A stretch of 45,725 bases of DNA, taken from NCBI GenBank assembly GCA_040222015.1, contig JAVJWO010000218.1, positions 1 through 45,725 on the forward strand, read 5' to 3'. The stretch comes from Coleofasciculus chthonoplastes F2-STO-03 (GTDB lineage Bacteria; Cyanobacteriota; Cyanobacteriia; Cyanobacteriales; Coleofasciculaceae). How positions within the stretch are numbered: position 1 is the stretch's first letter; every line of letters begins with the position of its first letter. A program made the translations under genes and the position numbers. Below, in pieces: positions 1 through 8,141 of this stretch. The notes beneath the pieces are model-generated. The model was given only the letters and a program-made list of their open reading frames with translations, made no database searches and had not been told where the DNA came from.

Positions 1-98
1 TGTTCCACACACTTTTACTCTCATTTTTTATTTAAGATAAAATATTATATATCCATAAAATGATCACGAATAATAAGCTTTTATATAGTTAAACGACA

Positions 99-173
99 GC
101 TCCCCCTGCTCCCCCTGCTCCCCCAGCTCCCCCTGCTCCCCCTGCTCCCCCTGCTCCCCCTGCTCCCCCTGCT
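99..173. repeat. Short tandem repeat, (C)CCCCTGCT 9-10-mer units
   Basis: About 8 consecutive CCCC(C)TGCT-like units just 3' of the PAS gene; the same family occurs at 17510-17609 and, reversed, at about 42795-42830. Confidence 0.9.
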
Positions 174-180
174 ATCCTTA

Positions 181-687
181 CTACCCCATCTCCTGTTCCA
201 CCATTTGAATAATCTTCAATAAACTTACCTTCGTCGTTGCCGTCGTTTCTCCCAATATTCCCGCAATTTCTTGGACAACTTTCATTTGATTATCCACCAC
301 CTCATTAACCTTTTTCACCGTTTCTCGCTTAACTTTTATTAATTCTCGCTTACGTTGTAACTCATAACTCATATTCACCAAAATCCCGGCAATTATATTT
401 TCCTCTTTAATCGGAAAAATAACTTCTCTGACATAAAGTTTGTGATTAGCGTACTCTTTTTCCTTCCCCTGAATCACCTCATCATTATCCCAGACCCGTT
501 GAAAATCACTGACATCTGTCAAAATAGTGGAGGCGGACTCACCAATAGCCGCCTCCTGATCCACATTAAACATTTTGCAAAAGGCAGGATTCACCAGCTT
601 AATCGTCATATCCTTATCCACGACAATCAAACCATTTGGGTCATACTGCCACAATAATTCCCACAAACTCTTATCGTTACTTGTCAT
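181..687 (-). CDS. PAS-domain protein with a HydS/HfsB-like C-terminal helix
   Basis: PAS signature (DPNGLIVVD...VNPAFCKMF); C-terminal [24 protein letters not shown] resembles the tail of sensory [FeFe]-hydrogenases as I recall it. Confidence 0.8.
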   Translation of the reverse strand: MTSNDKSLWELLWQYDPNGLIVVDKDMTIKLVNPAFCKMFNVDQEAAIGESASTILTDVSDFQRVWDNDEVIQGKEKEYANHKLYVREVIFPIKEENIIAGILVNMSYELQRKRELIKVKRETVKKVNEVVDNQMKVVQEIAGILGETTATTKVSLLKIIQMVEQEMG

Positions 688-733
688 ATTAGTTATTGTT
701 CAAGCGGCTATTGCAAGGCTAACTTACATTTAT

Positions 734-774
734 TGTTCCCTGTTCCCTGTTCCCTGTTCCCTGTTCCCTGTTCC
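734..774. repeat. STRR-like heptamer tandem repeat (TGTTCCC)x~6
   Basis: Direct reading of the sequence. Confidence 0.9.
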
Positions 775-780
775 TAGACA

Positions 781-1038
781 TCATTGAATACAGGGCAGAA
801 TCTCTTGCTTAAACTTTTGCTCAACATTATTCGCATTGATATTGACAAAGAATTTATCCTTAAACTTCATCACAATACCAGCGCTACAGGTCTCCAAACA
901 AAAAGAACCCTTTAATTCAACTTTATCCTCCAAATTGTAGGTGCTAATCAACGCCTGAATTTTGGGTAATACTTCATAAACACCCAATTGATGACAGGCT
1001 GAACCCATACATAAATAGAGATTTTCTTTCCCGTCCAT
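781..1038 (-). CDS. Thioredoxin-like [2Fe-2S] ferredoxin (NuoE/HfsA-like)
   Basis: CMGSACH ... FCLETC, i.e. Cx4C...Cx3C, in an 85-aa protein; 16 bp downstream of pflA. Confidence 0.8.
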   Translation of the reverse strand: MDGKENLYLCMGSACHQLGVYEVLPKIQALISTYNLEDKVELKGSFCLETCSAGIVMKFKDKFFVNINANNVEQKFKQEILPCIQ

Positions 1039-1054
1039 AGTCTACACCTCAATC

Positions 1055-1834
1055 TTACTGCACATGCAACCCCTGTCTTTGAAAGATATCCATAACCTGC
1101 TGCACCTGTTGGGGCGTTGGCGAGGGTGTGTCTTTAAGCTGATAGTCATACCCTAGCTGTTGCCATTTATACTCTCCCATTTTGTGAAACGGCAGAACTT
1201 CTACGTTTTCCACATTGCCCAAGGTCGAGACAAACTGGGCTAATCCCTCGATACTCTCTAGGTTATCGGATAAATTGGGAACTAGGACAAAGCGAATCCA
1301 GGTCGGCTTTTTAATCTCACTCAGATACTGGGCAAACTCCAGTGTGGGTTTGAGGGAAACGTTAGTAATCTTAAAATAAATTTTGGGATCAAAGGACTTA
1401 ATGTCCAATAAGACCAAATCGGCATGATCCAGTACAGGTTTAGCCACATCCAAGTTGACATAACCTGACGTATCTAGGGCGGTATGAATCCCTTGGTCTT
1501 GACAGCGTCGGAAAATTTCGCGGACAAATTCCGGCTGCATCAAGGGTTCACCCCCTGTTATGGTAACGCCGCCGCCAGAAAAGCGCATGTAGGAACGATA
1601 CTTTGGGATCTGGGTCATCAGTTCATCAACGGTAACCTCCTGACCTTCACGGATACAGCGACTATCCGGATTGTGACAATAGAGACAACGCAGGGGACAG
1701 CCTTGGGTAAAAATAACAAAGCGGATACCCGGACCATCCACCGTACCGCAGGTTTCTAAGGAGTGAATGCGTCCGGTTACAGAGGTTTTAGGAGTGGCGG
1801 TTGGGGAGTGAGAAATTGATGATTGCATTACCAT
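1055..1834 (-). CDS. pflA: Pyruvate formate-lyase activating enzyme (radical SAM)
   Basis: VDGPGIRF, CPLRCLYCHNPD (CxxxCxxC), GGEPLMQ; directly downstream of pflB. Confidence 0.97.
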   Translation of the reverse strand: MVMQSSISHSPTATPKTSVTGRIHSLETCGTVDGPGIRFVIFTQGCPLRCLYCHNPDSRCIREGQEVTVDELMTQIPKYRSYMRFSGGGVTITGGEPLMQPEFVREIFRRCQDQGIHTALDTSGYVNLDVAKPVLDHADLVLLDIKSFDPKIYFKITNVSLKPTLEFAQYLSEIKKPTWIRFVLVPNLSDNLESIEGLAQFVSTLGNVENVEVLPFHKMGEYKWQQLGYDYQLKDTPSPTPQQVQQVMDIFQRQGLHVQ

Positions 1835-1859
1835 AGTTCAAATGTTGAGTGTTGAGTGT

Positions 1860-2083
1860 GTAGGGGCGGGTTTGATCACTATCTTTGCACCCAGATGTAA
1901 CTAAACCCGCCCGTGTGTAGGGGCGGGTTTCACGACTATCGTTTACGAAAGCACCCAGATGTAATTAAACCCGCCCCGACTTAACTTTGTTCGAGGGAAC
2001 CTGGTGCGTGATCCTTCGCTTTGCCGTGTTAGCTGGTGGGCAATGCCCACCCTACGGTGTATCTAGGGTTTCGGCGAACCCAA
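1860..2083. repeat. Cluster of GTAG-type REP-like inverted repeats
   Basis: GTAGGGGCGGGTTT...AAACCCGCCC at 1860-1912 and 1917-1977; GGTGGGCAATGCCCACCCTAC at about 2035-2055; GGGTTTCGGCGAACCC nearby. Confidence 0.85.
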
Positions 2084-2098
2084 AATGTTTATTTGAGT

Positions 2099-4390
2099 CT
2101 AAATCCGTTCGTGGAATGTGCGATTAATCACATCCAGTTGCTGTTCCCGGGTTAACTTAATAAAGTTCACCGCATAACCCGATACCCGAATCGTTAACTG
2201 CGGGTATTTCTCTGGATGATCCATCGCATCAAGCAGAGTATCGCGATTGAAGACATTGATATTGATATGATGACCTTCGTCATGGAAATACCCATCCAGC
2301 ATTCCCACCAAATTAGTCACCTTTGCATCATCCGTCTTACCCAACGCTTGCGGCACAATGGAGAACGTATAAGAAATCCCATCTTGGGCATGTTCATAGG
2401 GTAGTTTCGCCACTGACGCTAAGGCTGCGATCGCGCCATTGCTATCACGACCATGCATCGGGTTCGCACCCGGGGCAAAGGGTGCCCCAGCTTTGCGCCC
2501 ATCGGGGGTACTTCCGGTTTTCTTCCCGTACACCACATTTGAGGTAATCGTCAGAATCGACTGGGTAGGAACAGCGCCGCGATAGGTCTTATTCTTGCGG
2601 ATTTTATCCATAAACGCTTTCACCAGGTTGGCAGTAATTTCATCCACCTGATCATCGTTATTGCCAAACTTGGGATAATCTCCTTCCACCTGATAGTCTA
2701 CGGCGAGACCCTGGTGATTGCGAATAACTTTCACCTTGGCATATTTAATCGCCGAAAACGCATCGCCAACCACCGACAAGCCAGCAATCCCACAAGCCAT
2801 TGTCCGATAAACATCCCGGTCATGTAGCGCCATTTCCAAACGCTCATAACAATATTTATCGTGCATGTAGTGGATTACATTCAAGGTATTGACGTAGAGT
2901 TTCGCCAACCACTCGATCATTTGGTCGAATTTTCCCATCACCTCGTCATAATCAAGGTACTCTGAGGTAATCGGTGCCAGTTCTGGACCGATTTGTTCGC
3001 CCGCTTTTTCATCCTTACCGCCATTAATCGCATAGAGTAAGGCTTTCGCCAGGTTAACCCGTGCGCCAAAGAACTGCATCTGTTTGCCAATCGGCATCCC
3101 GGAAACACAGCAGGCAATGCCATAATCATCACCATAGTGCGATCGCATCAGGTCATCGTTCTCATACTGAATCGAACTGGTTTCTACCGATACCTTGGCG
3201 CAGAACCGCTTAAAGTTCATCGGTAGCCGTTCTGACCATAGCACCGTTAAATTTGGTTCTGGTGCAGGACCCAAGTTATAAAGCGTATGCAAGAAACGGA
3301 AACTCGTCTTCGTCACCAACGGACGACCATCTTCTCCCATTCCGCCAATCGCTTCGGTTACCCAAACCGGATCACCGGAGAACAGTTCATTGTAAGCAGG
3401 TGCCCGCAGGAAGCGCACCATCCGCAGTTTCATCACGAAATGGTCAATTAATTCCTGCGCCTCGGATTCATTCAGCGTGCCGTTATTTAAGTCCCGTTCC
3501 ACATAAATATCCAGGAACGTAGATACTCGTCCCAAGGACATGGCGGCACCATTTTGTTCCTTCACCGCACCCAGATAGCCAAAGTACGTCCACTGTACCG
3601 CTTCTTGGGCAGTTGCCGCCGGACGGCTAATATCACAGCCATAGCTAGCTGCCATATCTTGCAATTCTTTTAGCGCCCGGATTTGCTCAGAAATTTCTTC
3701 CCGTTGCTGAATAACCGACTCGTCAATCGCATCGAATTCCAGGGAATCTTGCTGCTGTTTTTTATCAGCAATTAAACGAGTGATCCCATACAATGCCACC
3801 CGGCGATAGTCACCAATAATTCGACCTCGACCATAGGCATCTGGTAACCCGGTAATGATTCCAGAATGTCGTGCCTTCCGCATTTCCCGCGTATAAGCAT
3901 CAAACACCCCATCATTATGGGTTTTGCGATAGTTGGTGAAAATCTCTTCTGTTTGGGGATCAAGTTGATAGCCGTAAGCTTCCAAGGATTTCTTGACCAC
4001 TCGGATACCACCCAAGGGCATAATTGCCCGTTTTAACGGTTTATCGGTTTGGACGCCGACAATTTGTTCCAGGTTTTGATCAATATAACCCGGTGAATGG
4101 GCGGTGATACTGGTGGGGACTTTGGTATCAACATCTAAAATACCTTTTTCCCGCTCTTGCTGCATTAAATCGCAGACTTTTTGCCAGAGTGTTTTCGTCC
4201 GTTCAGTTGCTCCGGCAAGGAAAGAGTCGTCTTGTGTGTATGGGGTATAATTCTTTTGGATGAAATCCCGAACATTAATTTCATTCGTCCATTTACCGGG
4301 ATTAAAATTCTGCCATTGTTCGCATAAGGAACTAGCTGTCTCTTGCTGTTGCGTAGATGTGTTAGGTGCAAATGTCCCAACCATAGGCAT
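2099..4390 (-). CDS. pflB: Pyruvate formate-lyase (formate C-acetyltransferase)
   Basis: Catalytic IACCVS and glycyl-radical motif IRVSGYAV; 763 aa. Confidence 0.98.
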   Translation of the reverse strand: MPMVGTFAPNTSTQQQETASSLCEQWQNFNPGKWTNEINVRDFIQKNYTPYTQDDSFLAGATERTKTLWQKVCDLMQQEREKGILDVDTKVPTSITAHSPGYIDQNLEQIVGVQTDKPLKRAIMPLGGIRVVKKSLEAYGYQLDPQTEEIFTNYRKTHNDGVFDAYTREMRKARHSGIITGLPDAYGRGRIIGDYRRVALYGITRLIADKKQQQDSLEFDAIDESVIQQREEISEQIRALKELQDMAASYGCDISRPAATAQEAVQWTYFGYLGAVKEQNGAAMSLGRVSTFLDIYVERDLNNGTLNESEAQELIDHFVMKLRMVRFLRAPAYNELFSGDPVWVTEAIGGMGEDGRPLVTKTSFRFLHTLYNLGPAPEPNLTVLWSERLPMNFKRFCAKVSVETSSIQYENDDLMRSHYGDDYGIACCVSGMPIGKQMQFFGARVNLAKALLYAINGGKDEKAGEQIGPELAPITSEYLDYDEVMGKFDQMIEWLAKLYVNTLNVIHYMHDKYCYERLEMALHDRDVYRTMACGIAGLSVVGDAFSAIKYAKVKVIRNHQGLAVDYQVEGDYPKFGNNDDQVDEITANLVKAFMDKIRKNKTYRGAVPTQSILTITSNVVYGKKTGSTPDGRKAGAPFAPGANPMHGRDSNGAIAALASVAKLPYEHAQDGISYTFSIVPQALGKTDDAKVTNLVGMLDGYFHDEGHHININVFNRDTLLDAMDHPEKYPQLTIRVSGYAVNFIKLTREQQLDVINRTFHERI

Positions 4391-5068
4391 TATTTACCTC
4401 TTTTTTTGTGCAAACTTTTGAACGTTAGACGTAGACCTGACTGACCATTCTTCCTTTTGGGAAATTTTGGTCAAAAGCCTAAGGTTTTATTGTTCCGGCT
4501 AAAAAATCGTAGTGTTTTCTTTTTACCTCAGACTTTTGACTCTAGTCATGGGTCTCTAGGAGGAACAGTAAGGTTTATCCTAACTAAATCTATTCCTTGC
4601 GGTCTATTTAGCCTGGACGTTTACTGCTCTCTCTAACTGTCTATCTATATCGTAACTCCATGGATATTAAATCAGCAAATTTTGTAGAAGTCAATCTACT
4701 GCTTTACAAATATTTTTAATGTCAAGATTGGTTGATTTTTCTAGAAACTGTGGGGAGAATACTCCCCAATTTCATCAGTTTGGTGTTACAATAGGATAAT
4801 ATTTAAAAAAAGAGATGATCGCCTAGAGAGTAAGCATAAGCACCTCATCATCAGTAAGGCAGAGGGCAGAATGTTTATTGGTCGTTTCAGGTATTCAATC
4901 TGTTCTGACCTTTAGGGCGACAGCTATCAATCAGGCGCAAGGCTTTCAGCATTGTGGCACAATTTTTGACCTGAAACTGCCACATCTGCATCAGACTGAA
5001 AAGCTATAATCTGAATGACGCAACCCTTCGACTTCGCTCAGGGTATCAGGAAGAGGAACCAAGGACGT

Positions 5069-6844
5069 ATGGCATGGACACCGGGACACCCGTTAAAAAA
5101 GCGCCCCTTTGTGGTGGATTGTGTCCTGGGAGAGGGCGGATTCGGAATCACCTACAAAGTCCATCATCAGTTCCTCGACCAGGATTTTGTGATTAAAACG
5201 CCCAACGCCCGTCTGATAAATGACCCCGATTATCAGAAGTATCTGAACCGCTTTATTAAAGAAGGACAGATAGTCGCTAAGATATGTCATGACCCCCATC
5301 CCCATATTGTCCGCGTGACGGATTTGTTTGAAGAGGCGGGGATTCACTGTCTGGTGATGGATTATGTGCCTGGGGAGAGTTTATGGAAATACGTGCAGAA
5401 TCAAGGCACGTTGTCAGAAGCCCAGGCGGTGCGATATATTCGCCAGATTGGGGATGCGCTGCGTGTGGTTCATCAAGCGGGATTGGTGCATCGGGATGCG
5501 ACACCCCTGAATATTATGGTGCGGAGTCCGGAAAAAGCGGTATTAATTGATTTTGGCATTGCCAAGGGATTAATCCCCACCACGAGTACAACCACGGATA
5601 AAGCCGGGAATCGGGGATTTGCCCCCTATGAACAGATGGTGCGGGGAAGTCGTAAGATTACGGTTGATGTGTATACCTTAGCGGCATCCTTATATTATGC
5701 GGTGACAGGTCAACGTCCGATGGATTCCTTTTCTCGCAAGTTAGATGATGCCGAATTAATACCGCCGCAACAGCTTATTTCTGGGTTAAGTGATGCCACA
5801 AACCAGGCTATTTTATCGGGAATGGCGCTAGAAGCCAAAAACCGCCCCCAATCAATTGAAGCGTGGTTAGCGTTATTAACCTTTGAACCGCCAATTATCC
5901 TGTCGGTGACATCTCCATCCGTTGAGAGTTCAGCCACGGTTCAGCCTGCCAAAACAGCAAAAACCCTACCCGTGTCGGCATTTAACTTTCAAGTGGTGAC
6001 GGTAGAGGTTAAACCGGGGGTGTTGGGGAAAGAAAGAAAACTAACGCTGAATCGTCGCCCCCATCAGGCGTACCATTACATAGAAACCCTTGGCGATGTG
6101 CCTCTGGAAATGGTGGCGATTCCGGAGGGTACATTCCAGATGGGTTCGCCAGAGACTGAGGAAAGACATGAGGATAATGAAAGTCCCCAGCATTGGGTGA
6201 CGATTAAACCCTTCTTCCTAGGGAAATACCCCATCACTCAGGCTCAATGGCAAGCCGTGGCTCATTTTCCGAAGGTTGAGCGAGAACTTGACCCTGACCC
6301 CTCTGAATTTAAAGGAGAAAACCGTCCTGTCGAGTGCGTATCATGGTATGATTGTGTGGAGTTTTGTGCGCGATTGTCACAGTACACAGGTTGGAACTAC
6401 CGACTTCCTAGCGAGGCGGAATGGGAATATGCCTGTCGTGCGAGAACAACAACACCGTTTCATTTTGGCGAGACGATTACCACCGATTTAGCCAACTATC
6501 ACGGTAAATATATTTATGGTGCAGGTGCGAAGGGTAAGTGTCGCGGGGAAACCACTCCAGTCGGAAGTTTTCAAGTCGCGAATGCCTTTGGCTTGTACGA
6601 CATGCATGGAAATGTGGGGGAATGGTGTCTTGACCAATGGCATGATAGTTATGAAGGTGCGCCGTCAGATGGTCAAGCTTGGATAATTAATGATGATGAT
6701 AATCATTCTCGGCTGTTGCGCGGTGGTCCGTGGAACTTCTATCCCAGGTACTGTCGTTGTGCCTATCGCTACTGGCGTACCCCAGCCTTCGGGAACTACA
6801 ACAGCGGGTTTCGGGTTGTCTGTGGTGCGGCGTGGACTCTTTAG
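5069..6844 (+). CDS. Ser/Thr kinase fused to an FGE-sulfatase (SUMF1/CLec-fold) domain; probable DGR target protein
   Basis: GEGGFG, VIK, HRD, DFG, APYE; C-terminal F.MGS, RLPSEAEWEYACRA, NAFGLYDMHGNV, RGG.W, GFRVVC. ATG 5069 preferred because the ORF-track extension from 5015 reads through a small repeat. Confidence 0.92.
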   Translation: MAWTPGHPLKKRPFVVDCVLGEGGFGITYKVHHQFLDQDFVIKTPNARLINDPDYQKYLNRFIKEGQIVAKICHDPHPHIVRVTDLFEEAGIHCLVMDYVPGESLWKYVQNQGTLSEAQAVRYIRQIGDALRVVHQAGLVHRDATPLNIMVRSPEKAVLIDFGIAKGLIPTTSTTTDKAGNRGFAPYEQMVRGSRKITVDVYTLAASLYYAVTGQRPMDSFSRKLDDAELIPPQQLISGLSDATNQAILSGMALEAKNRPQSIEAWLALLTFEPPIILSVTSPSVESSATVQPAKTAKTLPVSAFNFQVVTVEVKPGVLGKERKLTLNRRPHQAYHYIETLGDVPLEMVAIPEGTFQMGSPETEERHEDNESPQHWVTIKPFFLGKYPITQAQWQAVAHFPKVERELDPDPSEFKGENRPVECVSWYDCVEFCARLSQYTGWNYRLPSEAEWEYACRARTTTPFHFGETITTDLANYHGKYIYGAGAKGKCRGETTPVGSFQVANAFGLYDMHGNVGEWCLDQWHDSYEGAPSDGQAWIINDDDNHSRLLRGGPWNFYPRYCRCAYRYWRTPAFGNYNSGFRVVCGAAWTL

Positions 6845-6895
6845 CACTTGACACTTTTGCCCTTTTGCCCTCTGCCCTTTTTTCTTTTCCCTCTT

Positions 6896-6910
6896 CCCGC
6901 CTGCGGCGGG
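6896..6910 (+). other. GC hairpin 3' of the putative variable region (DGR homing hairpin and/or terminator)
   Basis: CCCGCC-TGC-GGCGGG, preceded by a pyrimidine tract and followed by TCGATTTTTTT. Confidence 0.65.
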
Positions 6911-7136
6911 TCGATTTTTTTCAACAGCTAAGTTCGTAGTTGCGCTTTAGCGCCATCAACGCTGGTATCGCTTACTACTAGCATGGTACAGATAAAATCG
7001 CGATATAGATATTACCATAAAATCGGGCGCACGTCAGATGTAGGTTGGGTAGAGCGTAAGCGAAACCCAACAGGTTCTATGGGGAGTTGGGTAAGTAGTC
7101 GGACTTTCATTAAAGTTAACGGTTGAGATTAGGCAA

Positions 7137-7264
7137 TAAGCTGTTTGGCATTTAAACCTTAATATCAATAATGGCGAAAGCCGTGTAGTGCGTTAAGCGA
7201 AGCCATGCCGCAGGCTTTGCATCTTGCTCGCTACTAATACCCCATTTAAATGCATGACAGCTTA
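7137..7264. mobile_element. MITE-like element, copy 1 (ends TAAGCTGT...ACAGCTTA)
   Basis: Terminal inverted repeats; related copies at 14931-15058 (inverted) and 41452-41562. Confidence 0.8.
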
Positions 7265-7326
7265 AACTAGAAAAACTCTGCCAGAAACCGGATTAAAAAC
7301 TACTTGGCTAAATCGAGGAAACCCCC

Positions 7327-7629
7327 ATGTCTAGTAACATCCAAATCCATCCCCTAATCACCACCAATAAACCGCAAATTCTAGCCATTTCTGCAAAGTA
7401 TGGAGCGTATAACATACGACTATTTGGTTCCTATGCTAGAGGGGAAGCAACAAACAATAGTGATATTGATTTTTTGATGGATATGGAAACAGGAAAAAGC
7501 TTATTGAATCGCATTGCCCTTAAACAAGAACTCGAAGACCTACTCGGTAAAAAAGTAGACATCGCCAAGCCAGAAAACCTGCATGAATCAATACAATCCC
7601 AAATCCTTAAAGAAGCTATTACTTTATGA
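7327..7629 (+). CDS. Minimal nucleotidyltransferase (MNT) antitoxin
   Basis: LFGSYARGEA...SDIDFL motif; 100 aa; ATGA overlap with a HEPN remnant. Confidence 0.9.
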   Translation: MSSNIQIHPLITTNKPQILAISAKYGAYNIRLFGSYARGEATNNSDIDFLMDMETGKSLLNRIALKQELEDLLGKKVDIAKPENLHESIQSQILKEAITL

Positions 7630-7763
7630 AAAATCAAGTTCTTTACCTAACCAATATCCAAGACTGTATTCAAGCCATTGAGAATTACACCCATGAAGGT
7701 AAACAAGCATTTTTTACCAATAAAATGATGCAAGATGCCGTGATTCGTAATTTGGATTTTTGA
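7626..7763 (+). pseudogene. Truncated HEPN/DUF86 toxin
   Basis: My translation MKNQVLYLTNIQDCIQAIENYTHEGKQAFFTNKMMQDAVIRNLDF* matches the DUF86 N-terminus and stops before the Rx4H catalytic motif. Confidence 0.8.
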
Positions 7764-7794
7764 TAGTTTAGCGGTTGTCGGGGTTGTCGGGGCT

Positions 7795-8116
7795 GTAGGG
7801 GCGAGTCGCTGCATCAATGTTCGGTGCGAGAATTAACCTATATCGACTCGCCCCTGTCTAAATGCGGTGTTTGAGCATTACTGATACCGGGTGGGGGCAA
7901 CCCAATTAAATTAAGGGTTGGGGCGGGTTGCACCATTTTTACCTTTAATTGACGATACCTGATACAGGGCGACCCGATCAAATTAAAGGTTAGGTGGTGT
8001 TAATTGGGTACGGCGGGTCGCCCCTACAATTGTTTTTATAACCCACGCTATATTTTGGGGAAAGTTTGGCGCGTAAACCCGCCCCTACATAAAGACGCGC
8101 CATGGCACGTCTCTAC
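7795..8116. repeat. Cluster of REP-like hairpins downstream of leuS
   Basis: GTAGGGGCGAGTCG...CGACTCGCCCC, GGGCGACCCG...CGGGTCGCCCCTAC, AAACCCGCCCCTAC, GACGCGCCATGGCACGTCTCTAC. Confidence 0.75.
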
Positions 8117-8141
8117 ATGATTCTATCTCCCTACCTTGATA

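Noticed and set aside
4391..5068. ZTP (pfl) riboswitch, Rex box or NtcA site upstream of pflB
   Set aside because: No convincing consensus seen; GTAGAAGTCAATCTAC has a 10-nt rather than 8-nt spacer
5015..5068. N-terminal extension MTQPFDFAQG... of the kinase
   Set aside because: It translates a small palindromic repeat; ATG 5069 has purine-rich upstream sequence and fits the domain start
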